Shown here piece after piece: positions 20,102 to 28,609 of a stretch of 32,000 nucleotides of DNA (positions are counted from its first letter, which is position 1; each line of letters opens with the position of its first letter). Position numbers and translations under genes: made by a program. This stretch comes from Cyanobacteriota bacterium SRBZ.bins.94.201705 (GTDB lineage Bacteria > Cyanobacteriota > Cyanobacteriia > Cyanobacteriales > Cyanobacteriaceae). Location of the stretch: positions 115,523 to 147,522 of the forward strand of contig JAUQQP010000031.1 in assembly GCA_030549855.1 (NCBI GenBank), in the 5' to 3' direction. Below the pieces are notes generated by a model. That model was not told the origin of the DNA, searched no databases, and saw nothing but the letters and a program-made list of their open reading frames with translations.

Positions 20102-20897
20102 TGCCTTTCTCCTCTCATCCCTCTTCCATTCACATAACCCCCCATTATAACACTTCCCCCTTCTCCTTCACTTATCCTACAGTCTCTCTGGGCGTCGAAA
20201 CACTGTCTCAAACACCTTTCCCCACTTCCTGTTGCAAGTCAAATCTACAATATTTTCCTCTCATGGTATCTGCCATTAAATAGGCGGCTATCCTCAAACT
20301 CTCTTATTTTCGGGATTTGCCCAAATCCTTCTTTAATCATCTTCCCACCGCTGTAACTTTTACTAAAACAATATACTTCCCTTCATCTCCCTTTTTCATT
20401 CTTTCTCACTGCCAAACTGCTGGATATTTAATTTTCCTAGCTTATCTATTCCCCTTTCCACCCGTCTTCATACCTATTTCCCCTCCACCCTTCCATCAAT
20501 TTCCCTCTTCTAGCAGTCTTTTACCTCTGAAGGCAGTCTACTCTTGTCAGTTGCCAATACAAATCATGCCTTTTAATTCTGTGATGGTATTTTCTCCCCT
20601 TTCCCCTCCTGCCAAGCTACAATATTTAACCCTTTTGGCTTATCCGCCGCCTGCTTATAGTTTCTTAGCTACAGTCTCTTACCTTTATCCCTACTTGTTT
20701 TCCCCTTCTTTTCAACCATAATTAGTCACTTTTTCCCTCCCCTCAAAGAGTTGCCTTGGTTATGAATAGTTTTTCACTTCTTTTTTCTTTCGGTAAAATC
20801 TTGGTTTATATACCCTCACAAAACCAAATCATCCTATCATGTTTTCTCATATTCTTTTTCTGGGGGGCATTTTTTGTTTGAATTTCAGTTTTTTCCC

Positions 20898-20926
20898 TTG
20901 ACAAAAAGGCCGCGCCGCGCTATAAT
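20898..20926 (+). promoter_or_regulatory. Perfect consensus sigma70-type promoter, TTGACA-17 nt-TATAAT, with a GC-rich spacer
   Basis: TTGACA at 20898-20903, spacer AAAAGGCCGCGCCGCGC (17 nt), then TATAAT at 20921-20926. It lies ~130 nt upstream of the creatininase-family ATG at 21055. Confidence 0.7.
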
Positions 20927-21054
20927 GGTGCTGATAGGGGGACGGCAGGAGACGTGACTGTCAGGGGCGGGCCTGCCTACTTTTCATATAAAAATTTTTA
21001 GCAACAAGGCGGGATGTAAAATTCTAAAAAAGAAGCAAGAAGAGGGGAAAAAGA

Positions 21055-21801
21055 ATGGAACTGAGAATGTGCAGTTGGCCAGAGGTGGAAGAATATCTGA
21101 AAAGAAGCAATGGGATTATAATACCAATAGGGTCAACAGAACAACATGGGCCAACGGGATTGATAGGGACAGACGCAATATGTGCAGAAGAAATAGCAAA
21201 GGGGGTGGGGAAGGAAACAGGGGCATTGGTAACGCCAACAATAAATGTGGGGATGGCACTACACCACACAGCCTTCCCTGGTACAATAAGTCTACGCCCC
21301 ACAACCCTAATTTTGTATATTCAAGATTTCTTAACCTCCCTAGCAAAGGCGGGTTTTAGAAAATTTTTCTTTATAAATGGCCATGGGGGAAATATAGCAA
21401 CCCTAAAAGCGGCCTTTTCTCAAGTATATGAACACCTGGAGGCCCTTAAAATACCAGAAAGTGAACAGGTAAAATGTAAATTGGCCAACTGGTATATGTG
21501 CCCTGGGGTGGTAGAATTGGCAAAAAAACTCTATGGGGAGGAGGAAGGCAGTCATGCTACCCCCTCGGAAATAGCCGTTACTCAATACTTCTATCCCGAC
21601 GCCGTCAAGCATTTCCCCCTGACAAAAGAAGTGGCAAAAGGTTACCCCATTTATGGCCCAAAGAATTTCCGTCATTGTTACCCAGATGGTAGAATGGGAT
21701 CTAACCCGGCTTTGGCCACTCCAGCACACGGTCAACAGTTTTATGAAATAGCAGTGAGGGAGTTAACGGCTAGCTATCGGGAATTCCTTAGTTGCTCTTG
21801 A
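21055..21801 (+). CDS. Creatininase (creatinine amidohydrolase) family protein
   Basis: 248-aa ORF with IIIPIGSTEQHGP, FINGHGGN and GSHATPSE, the metal-ligand pattern of this family. Substrate unknown. Confidence 0.82.
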   Translation: MELRMCSWPEVEEYLKRSNGIIIPIGSTEQHGPTGLIGTDAICAEEIAKGVGKETGALVTPTINVGMALHHTAFPGTISLRPTTLILYIQDFLTSLAKAGFRKFFFINGHGGNIATLKAAFSQVYEHLEALKIPESEQVKCKLANWYMCPGVVELAKKLYGEEEGSHATPSEIAVTQYFYPDAVKHFPLTKEVAKGYPIYGPKNFRHCYPDGRMGSNPALATPAHGQQFYEIAVRELTASYREFLSCS

Positions 21802-21817
21802 TTGTAGTGGGTTACAC

Positions 21818-22636
21818 ATGAAGTCCTACCTTGCCGCCGCTGTTTGCATGACTAGTACCCCCAATATTGAAAAAAATTTGCAGCAAGCCGAAGAATATAT
21901 TGAACTGGCAGTGAATCAGGGGGCTATATTGGTCGCTTTGCCCGAAAATTTCGCTTTCCTGGGAGAAGAGGAGGAAAAGGTAGCCCGGCGACAGGAAATA
22001 GCTACCTTAAGCGAAAAATTCCTCATCCGCATGGCACAACGCTTTCAAATTACTATCCTGGGAGGCGGTTTCCCTACACCTATTGCCGACGACTCCTCTA
22101 AAGTCCATAATACTGCCCTTTTAATCGCCCCCGACGGCCTTGAATTGTGTCGCTACCACAAAATACATCTGTTTGACGTCAATCTCCCCGATGGCAACCA
22201 GTATTGCGAATCCAAAACAGTAATGGCTGGTACCTCTCTCCCCCCAGTCTGTGATGCCGGCGACTTAGGCAAATTGGGCCTTTCCATCTGCTATGACGTC
22301 CGTTTCCCCGAAGTATTCCGTCATCTCTCTCGTCAAGGCGCCGATGTGATTTTTGTCCCTGCCGCCTTTACCGCCTATACTGGAAAGGATCACTGGGAAA
22401 TTTTAATCCGCGCCAGGGCTATTGAAAATACCTGTTATGTTATCGCACCTGCCCAAACCGGCAACCACTATGGTCGTCGTTTCACCCATGGCCATGCTAT
22501 GATTGTGGATCCCTGGGGCACTGTCCTCGCTAACACTGGCGCCAAACCCGGTATCGCCCTAGCTGAGATTAACCCTCAACGCCTACAACAAGTCAGACTA
22601 CAGATGCCTTCTCTTTTACACCGTGTCTTCGGTTAA
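21818..22636 (+). CDS. Carbon-nitrogen hydrolase (nitrilase superfamily, Nit/omega-amidase-like)
   Basis: 272-aa ORF with the catalytic E-K-C pattern (LPENF, YHKIHLFD, GLSICYDVRFPE). It starts 16 nt after the creatininase gene, so an operon is likely. Confidence 0.88.
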   Translation: MKSYLAAAVCMTSTPNIEKNLQQAEEYIELAVNQGAILVALPENFAFLGEEEEKVARRQEIATLSEKFLIRMAQRFQITILGGGFPTPIADDSSKVHNTALLIAPDGLELCRYHKIHLFDVNLPDGNQYCESKTVMAGTSLPPVCDAGDLGKLGLSICYDVRFPEVFRHLSRQGADVIFVPAAFTAYTGKDHWEILIRARAIENTCYVIAPAQTGNHYGRRFTHGHAMIVDPWGTVLANTGAKPGIALAEINPQRLQQVRLQMPSLLHRVFG

Positions 22637-23600
22637 AAAGGGACACCCCCCACACCCCCAGAAATTGGGCGATGAAAATCCCAATAATTGCTAGTAGCCC
22701 CATTATATGGGTGTAGCTCCCCAGCAAGTCCCTCATTTGCCCCACAAAAATAGTGCCCCCCTGCGGGTGCCTAGCCATCCCCCCAAACAAAACCAGAATA
22801 GAGAAAAAGCCACTAAATACACCTTCATTTGCCCTTCTTTGGCCCCCCTGTAGGAGGCTATAGCCACCAGCCGAGGCGGAAAACCATCGGTTAACCAGCC
22901 AAACAAAGGACCACTAATACCGTTAAACAGGGCAAACAGGGAAACACTCCTGGCCGCCAAATTAGAGTCTATCCCAACTACTCCTACCGGGCTGGAAATA
23001 CCTATAGCCGTCAACCCTACCAATGCCCCAATGGCGTAACAAAACCAAAGCCCATAAGCTGGAATCTCCCTCCCTAACCCCAACATTCCAATCCTTCGGG
23101 GGAAACCCTAGTGCTATCGCCATCGCCCCAATAATAATCATAAAAGCAATCCCCATCTCAGGGAATTGTTTACTCCTAGCGACAGATGTCAGCTGGCTAA
23201 AGGGGCATAGGGGAGAAAGGCCGAAACCCATGATGGTCAACCCCACTGCTAGACCCTTTTTGTCAGGAAACCAGCCACTACCGGGGTACCCCGCAATCCC
23301 CACTCCCACTAGCAATCCTCCCAAAGCCTTCATTACCCTTGGCCCTATCTTCGGAATCAAAAAGCCTGCAATGGGCATAAAAATCGAAAAAAACAACAAA
23401 CTAACAGTATAAGGCAACAAACTTTCTGTAGCCGTAATTTTTAATGGACTCTCCAACGGCTTTCTAAAAATACTCCAGGAATAAACTGTCCCTAAACACA
23501 GCAAAACCGTCATCCCCATGGGAATTGGTAACCATCTTCCCCTTTTTGCCCCTATTCCCACTAGTTTCCACTCTCTTTGTTCCTCCCTACTCTTCACCAC
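22593..23600 (-). pseudogene. Decayed MFS transporter of the oxalate/formate antiporter (OFA)-like family
   Basis: Three same-strand ORFs in different frames (22962-23600, 22733-23086, 22593-22790) read consecutively as one MFS protein. Recognisable segments are LCLGTVYSWSIFRKPLE, SLLPYTVSLLFFSIFMPIAG, WFPDKKGLAVGL and FALFNGISGPLFGWLTD. At least 2 frameshifts are present, plus an apparent internal deletion before WFPDKKG. The 3' end overruns the convergent C-N hydrolase gene by 44 nt. Confidence 0.72.
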
Positions 23601-25199
23601 AAAAAAAAAAGTAAATCCCGAAACCCTAGTATTTTTTTTTTATTATTTTGTGTTCAGATTGTCAAACGGAATTAGCCTTCCCATAAAGACCATCTACTAT
23701 ATTTAACCCCAATCCCGGCCCCCTAGGCCTGTTGTTGTACAATTTGTCAAGGTCCCTTCCTAGACAAAGTCATTATAGTAATACAGGCAGGAAGCCTATA
23801 ATTTAAATCTAGCCCACTTAAATCGCTCCAAAACCACATAAAATAGCTTCCTTTGTCCTCTCCTTTACAGCCTACACCAGGTTAGTGATTTTATCACACA
23901 GGTCAATGCCTCCCCCCTAGTGTCAACCCATCCCTTTTTGACAATCCCTCCATCAGTCAATCCCCCAGGAATTTTCCCCAAAATGTCCCTCTCTTTTGTT
24001 AATATAAATTTTTTTTACTTTATCTTGAGAAAATCTGTTGAGATAAATAAAGGCTAATTCTGCTACTAAAATATAGTAATATCAGGTAAAATAATGACTA
24101 TTAATAAAATAATATTCTCCGCGTAGTTTTAGGTTTAAAAACATTTTTTGCCGGAAAAATAATGAGATAATAATTAGAAAATGCCCAAAAGTTGGATTCC
24201 GGAAATTTTGGAGTTTTAAAACAAAGCTAAAAGCTAACAAAGAATTTTTACTGGACAGTTGAATATTGTCTGAAGGGCAAAACAGATATGGTTGGTGTTA
24301 GAAAGAGGATATAGTTAGGCTTGCCCCTAGTTGAAGTCTGCCTATCTCCACATGGAAGCACTTTCTCTCCTAGAAATCCCTTGGAAAACTTACTGAGGGA
24401 GAAAATAAAAAGAATTGTCTCTCTGATTTTCCTTACTACATATAAATTCCGGACTAACTTCCATGGTCCCATTTTTACCTACAAGGTATCATTGACAAAT
24501 TAAATGGCCCTAATAAAACTAAATATTATGGGGGTATATATAAAAATACTAAACCCACAATTCAGTAAGGTATGCGGTAAAGGGAAGAGAGAGAAAGTAT
24601 CATAAAACGCAGGTAAAAAAATGTCTTTCTCTAGGGCAACATGTTAGTAAATGGAGTGTAAACAGTAGGCTTGGGAGGCAAAGGCAGGAGAAACACTTTG
24701 TGCCCACAAAAAGACAACAGACAGGGAAGGCGATAGAAGAGATAGACAACCAATAATGAAGACAAAAAGACGTTTTTAGGGTTGTTAATGGTTTACTATT
24801 AGGGCGAGATAAGTTTAGGGATTTAAGGGGTGGTGTTGATGATACGCCTCGGGAGGGATTATAACTATTTTGCTAACAGTAATATACACAGTTGGCACCC
24901 AGAAATGGGGGAAGGAAGAGGTTTTGGAATGGCTCAAGCCTTTATATATGGTTTAAAGGTGGCTTAAATTCCAAGGATTATTTTGTCCCGACTGGGTTAA
25001 AACTTCATAGAATAAAACAGTAGTACCACAGTTTAACAGGAAAAAGGTGTATAGAAAACAAAAGGGCTTCCCAGCTTGCACTAGTTGCTGGCCTTACCAA
25101 GGGGGAAACCAGTACAACACAAGGGCGCTTAACTTGGAATTAACCCTGCCTGTGGGCAGTCAACTCTCTCTTCCCCGTGAGGGACAGCTCTAGCAAAAA

Positions 25200-25271
25200 C
25201 ACGCCCTGGAGGATTTGAACCCCCGCCATTCGGTTTTGGAGACCGACGTTCTACCACTGAACTAAGGGCGT
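25200..25271 (-). tRNA. trnW: tRNA-Trp (anticodon CCA), no encoded 3' CCA
   Basis: The reverse complement is ACGCCCTTAGTTCAGTGGTAGAACGTCGGTCTCCAAAACCGAATGGCGGGGGTTCAAATCCTCCAGGGCGTG. It has a 7-bp acceptor stem (ACGCCCT/AGGGCGT), a D-arm (GTTC..GAAC), an anticodon stem TCGGT/ACCGA with loop CTCCAAA, and a T-loop TTCAAAT. Confidence 0.93.
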
Positions 25272-25407
25272 ATAAATAAGTGGTCCTAAAGGAGCGGACT
25301 GTCAATGGTACTCTCCATTATACCCATACTGTGGAACTGTTGTCAAGCACTGGTGTAAAGGGGGAGGCAGTCTTGACGTAGAGAAGGGACTAAGACTAGG
25401 ACTTGGG

Positions 25408-25818
25408 CTATGGGGCAGTTACGTCTTCTTCTGGGGCAGCGTTGGCTGTGGCACGCTCCTGACGCTGTTTTATCTTTGTAGCTTTACCTACTCTATGTCT
25501 GAGATAATAGAGTTTAGCACGACGGACTTTGCCACGACGAAGGACTTCTATGCTAGCAACGATGGGGGAGTGTACCAGAAATACCCTTTCTACCCCCACC
25601 CCTTGGAAAATGCGTCTAACGGTAATGGTTTGATTTATCCCCCCGTGACGCATGGCTATAACTGTCCCCTCAAAGGGTTGTATTCTCTCCTTCCCCCCTT
25701 CTTGAATCCGCACACCTACTCTCACAGTGTCGCCAACGTGGATTTCTGGTATTTTGTCCGCCGGCTTCATGTATTCCGCCTCTATGGACTTGATTATCTC
25801 ACTGGGGTTGATAGACAT
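25408..25818 (-). CDS. rplS: 50S ribosomal protein L19
   Basis: 136-aa ORF with [63 protein letters not shown], the canonical L19 sequence. Confidence 0.95.
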   Translation of the reverse strand: MSINPSEIIKSIEAEYMKPADKIPEIHVGDTVRVGVRIQEGGKERIQPFEGTVIAMRHGGINQTITVRRIFQGVGVERVFLVHSPIVASIEVLRRGKVRRAKLYYLRHRVGKATKIKQRQERATANAAPEEDVTAP

Positions 25819-25874
25819 GGGGCTATCCTGTTAAAAAACTGACAATTGACCATAATAACTCTTCTATGCCACTG

Positions 25875-25902
25875 TTGTCAATCTGTTGTGCCCCTATATA
25901 AT
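25875..25902 (+). promoter_or_regulatory. Candidate promoter, TTGTCA-16 nt-TATAAT
   Basis: TTGTCA at 25875-25880 and TATAAT at 25897-25902. This would give a very short leader to the ATG at 25918 and would exclude the TTG at 25846 as the start. Confidence 0.3.
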
Positions 25903-25917
25903 AGTGATGAGACAATT

Positions 25918-26787
25918 ATGAGAGCAATAAGGGTGTTATCTGGTCGTAAGATTGTAGGGATTTTGTTGTGCCTGGGGATGTTTTCCTCTCTTACTCCCCA
26001 AGTAAAAGGACAGGCTTTACTCCCCTATATCCCCCCCCTTTCTGGGGAGCAGTTGGAGGCTTATAGTGTAAGACTAATGCAGGACGCCATTCAACTGTTA
26101 CGGATTCAAGAAGTAGATTTAGCCCTGTCCCGTGCTAAACTGGCGGTACAACTGTCTCCCCGTCGCTACTTAACTTGGTTTGTCCTAGGCACAGCTCAAT
26201 CCCAGAAGGGAAACCATCAAGAGGCTTTGGCCGCCTTTTTAGAGGCTAAAAAAATTGCCCCCGACAATGCCGAAGTCTTATTTGCCCTTGGTAATTCTTA
26301 CTTTCAAGTGAAGCAGTATCAGGCGGCAGTAAGAGAGTTAGAGGCTGGCCTTTTAATCAACAACCAGTCGCCCCAGGCTTATTTTGATTTGGGCAATGCC
26401 TATTTTAAGTTAAACCAGTATGACAAGGCTATCAATGCCTACCAACAGGTGTTAAAACTGGAGGCTGACTTCTGGCCCGCTATCAATAATATCGGACTGG
26501 TTCAATATGAGCAAGGGAATGTCAAACAGGCCATGGATTCCTGGCGTAAGGCTATTGCCATCGACGAACAACAGGCTGAACCCCTTTTGGCTTTGGCTGT
26601 GGCACTCTATGAGAGGGGCCAAACCCAGGAAGCTATCCAATTGGGGAAAAAGGCCCTACAATTGGACCCTAACTATGGTAACATAGACCACCTCATTTTG
26701 AATCTTTGGGGAGAAAAACTCATTGCCTCTACCCGCAAATTCTTCCAAAATCGTTCTATTGCTGTCCTCTTGCCCAAGGCCAATTAA
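25918..26787 (+). CDS. Secreted or anchored tetratricopeptide (TPR) repeat protein
   Basis: The track ORF starts at TTG 25846. The ATG at 25918 gives a signal-like N-terminus (MRAIRVLSGRKIVGILLCLGMFSSLTPQVKG). Several TPR units follow (FALGNSYFQVKQYQAAV, FDLGNAYFKLNQYDKAI, NNIGLVQYEQGNVKQAM). Confidence 0.85.
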   Translation: MRAIRVLSGRKIVGILLCLGMFSSLTPQVKGQALLPYIPPLSGEQLEAYSVRLMQDAIQLLRIQEVDLALSRAKLAVQLSPRRYLTWFVLGTAQSQKGNHQEALAAFLEAKKIAPDNAEVLFALGNSYFQVKQYQAAVRELEAGLLINNQSPQAYFDLGNAYFKLNQYDKAINAYQQVLKLEADFWPAINNIGLVQYEQGNVKQAMDSWRKAIAIDEQQAEPLLALAVALYERGQTQEAIQLGKKALQLDPNYGNIDHLILNLWGEKLIASTRKFFQNRSIAVLLPKAN

Positions 26788-26914
26788 TTGCTGTTAGTAC
26801 CACTTAGCAATATTTAAGAAACTTAAATTTTTTCTCAGATTCTGGTCACCAATAACTTTTTAGGCTACCCTATCTAATTAGGAAACACTAGAGGGGTGAT
26901 AAGGTTTTCTTATT

Positions 26915-27055
26915 ATGTCCGATTTGAATCGTGGCATCATGAAGTTTGACGGCGCGGACAAGCCATTGGTGGTGGCCATCTCCGCCGTCCTCATTTTGGG
27001 AAGCATTGCTGCCCTCATTTTCTGGGCTTTGAATGTGGCCTATGCCATAGATTAG
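26915..27055 (+). CDS. Small (46 aa) single-pass membrane protein, unassigned
   Basis: Below the track's size cut-off. My translation is MSDLNRGIMKFDGADKPLVVAISAVLILGSIAALIFWALNVAYAID. It has one clean TM helix and local-type codon usage (GCC, ATC, CTC). No good Shine-Dalgarno was seen. Confidence 0.45.
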   Translation: MSDLNRGIMKFDGADKPLVVAISAVLILGSIAALIFWALNVAYAID

Positions 27056-27056
27056 T

Positions 27057-27665
27057 CTAGTCCGGCTTGACAGTTGACAGTTGACTGGTTGACGAGATGT
27101 ACCGGGACACCATGGCCTTTAGTTGCTCCTCTGAAACACAGCGTCTTTCTGAACAATAGGTCATCAGATTAACCCCGTTCATCATTTTAACAGTGCTTAC
27201 TCGGACTCGGAAGTCGTCCGTGACAAACCAACACCTTTCTATCCCCTGGTTTCTTTCATACTCGGTGACGATGGTCAAAACCCCATCCGGGCTGAAACTG
27301 TACTGACATACCACAGGAATCCCTTCTACGTACCCCTTGTTGCGCAAAAAGCGCCCCCTTGTTTTGTCCTCTTTGTCTGGAATGTCTACTAAAATGGCTG
27401 CCCAGTTGGAGTTGGGATTCAACTCGTCTAGGTTATCCTGCCACAGGAAGGTGGCACCCCCTACCGCTAATTCTGGATCTACATTTTGAGCTTTACATAC
27501 TTCGATAATTCTTGGATCGTCCTTTTCTAGCACCTGGATGATAATATTTGAATCCCCCGACTGTTCCACAGAGGTGTCAAAGTGGTGCACCGTCCTTTTT
27601 GAATACCACACTCCCTCACTCTTGCGAAAAAAGTCCATCATTGTCATTGGTGGTTTTACTTCCAT
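27057..27665 (-). CDS. cpcS: CpcS/CpeS-family phycobiliprotein bilin lyase
   Basis: 202-aa ORF. MMDFFRKSEGVWYSKRTVHHF...VLEKDDPRIIEVCKAQNVDPELAVGGA...RGRFLRNKGYVEG...TEYERNQGIERCWF matches the CpcS/CpcU/CpeS lipocalin-like lyase pattern. The true start may be one of the internal ATGs at 27647, 27641 or 27638. The subfamily was not resolved. Confidence 0.82.
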   Translation of the reverse strand: MEVKPPMTMMDFFRKSEGVWYSKRTVHHFDTSVEQSGDSNIIIQVLEKDDPRIIEVCKAQNVDPELAVGGATFLWQDNLDELNPNSNWAAILVDIPDKEDKTRGRFLRNKGYVEGIPVVCQYSFSPDGVLTIVTEYERNQGIERCWFVTDDFRVRVSTVKMMNGVNLMTYCSERRCVSEEQLKAMVSRYISSTSQLSTVKPD

Positions 27666-27793
27666 AACTTTAACCCCTTGGCCAACTGTTAAGAAAATTA
27701 AAGACAGATTTTAACAATAGCACCGCCCCATTTATGATAAGGGTTTAAGGTTTAAAGCTCCAGGCACCATAAGAGGAATTCTAGCACAAAGCC

Positions 27794-28606
27794 ATGATAT
27801 TAGCTCCCGTTTATCCCCTGGAAAAAGTTCTAGAAATAGTCAAAAAAAATAAGGATTTAGCCCGTTTGAATCTGCAGAATTTGGATTTAGCGGCAGTGGA
27901 CTTGGCCGGGGCCAATCTACTAGGTAGCAACCTCATTGGCGCCAATCTGGAGGGGGCAAACCTTGTAGGGGCTGTGTTGGATAATAGTGATCTACGGCGT
28001 GCTTGTCTCAAAAATGCCAATTTAGAGGGGGCTAGTCTAAAAAACTGTCTTTTACAAAGGGCTCGTCTGGAAGGTTGTAATCTTTCGGGAGTGGACTTGA
28101 CCGGGGCTAAGCTGGATTTGGCCTACTACTCCCCAGACACTAAATGGGACAGTGGTTTTGACTATAAGAAGTCAGGGGCAGTGGGGCCAGGGGCCTCCCT
28201 CAGTGGTGCTTTCCTCAACACCGCTAACCTAAGAGGAGTGGACTTGACTGGGGCCAATCTGAGGGGCGCCTATCTCAGTGGTGCTGACTTGACGGGCGCT
28301 AATCTCACTAGGGCCGCACTCAGTGGTGCTAATCTCAAATATGCCTTTCTCACCGGTGCTGATCTTACTGATGCGGTTCTTGTCGGCGCAGAATTAGAGG
28401 GGGCAGACTTCCGTGCCACTAACCTGTCTGGTGCTAACTTTGACAATATCAAGAGCATTGCTGGCGCCGATTTTTCCTACGCCTATGGCATGACTGAGAG
28501 ACTCCGTAGTATTATCTGTAGTTTTCCTCCTCACCAGTTGACCCGCTGGAATACCTATACCCGCAACAACACTAAAGACAGTTTAAACACCTGTTACTAC
28601 ATATAA
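27794..28606 (+). CDS. Pentapeptide-repeat protein
   Basis: 270-aa ORF with long runs of A(D/N)LxG-type pentapeptides (LAGANLLGSNLIGANLEGANLVGAVL..., LTGANLRGAYLSGADLTGANLTRAALSGANL). Confidence 0.9.
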   Translation: MILAPVYPLEKVLEIVKKNKDLARLNLQNLDLAAVDLAGANLLGSNLIGANLEGANLVGAVLDNSDLRRACLKNANLEGASLKNCLLQRARLEGCNLSGVDLTGAKLDLAYYSPDTKWDSGFDYKKSGAVGPGASLSGAFLNTANLRGVDLTGANLRGAYLSGADLTGANLTRAALSGANLKYAFLTGADLTDAVLVGAELEGADFRATNLSGANFDNIKSIAGADFSYAYGMTERLRSIICSFPPHQLTRWNTYTRNNTKDSLNTCYYI

Positions 28607-28609
28607 ACC

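Noticed and set aside
20317-20721. 134-aa plus-strand ORF (rich in P, F, S and L), together with ORF 20056-20283
   Set aside because: They are a by-product of the near G-free pyrimidine tract, which contains few stop codons. The translations are low-complexity and there are no start signals.
20955-20977. Resemblance of ACTGTCAGGGGCGGGCCTGCC to the cobalamin-riboswitch B12 box (..GTCAGGAGACCTGCC) and the ACTGT motif
   Set aside because: Only ~45 nt lie between the predicted TSS and this motif, far too short for a cobalamin aptamer. The spacing within the box is wrong, and the downstream genes are not B12-related. A covariance-model scan should settle it.
24346-24354. Single DnaA-box-like ATCTCCACA near the AT-rich island, considered as an alternative oriC
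   Set aside because: It is one 7/9 match with no cluster, so the evidence is insufficient.
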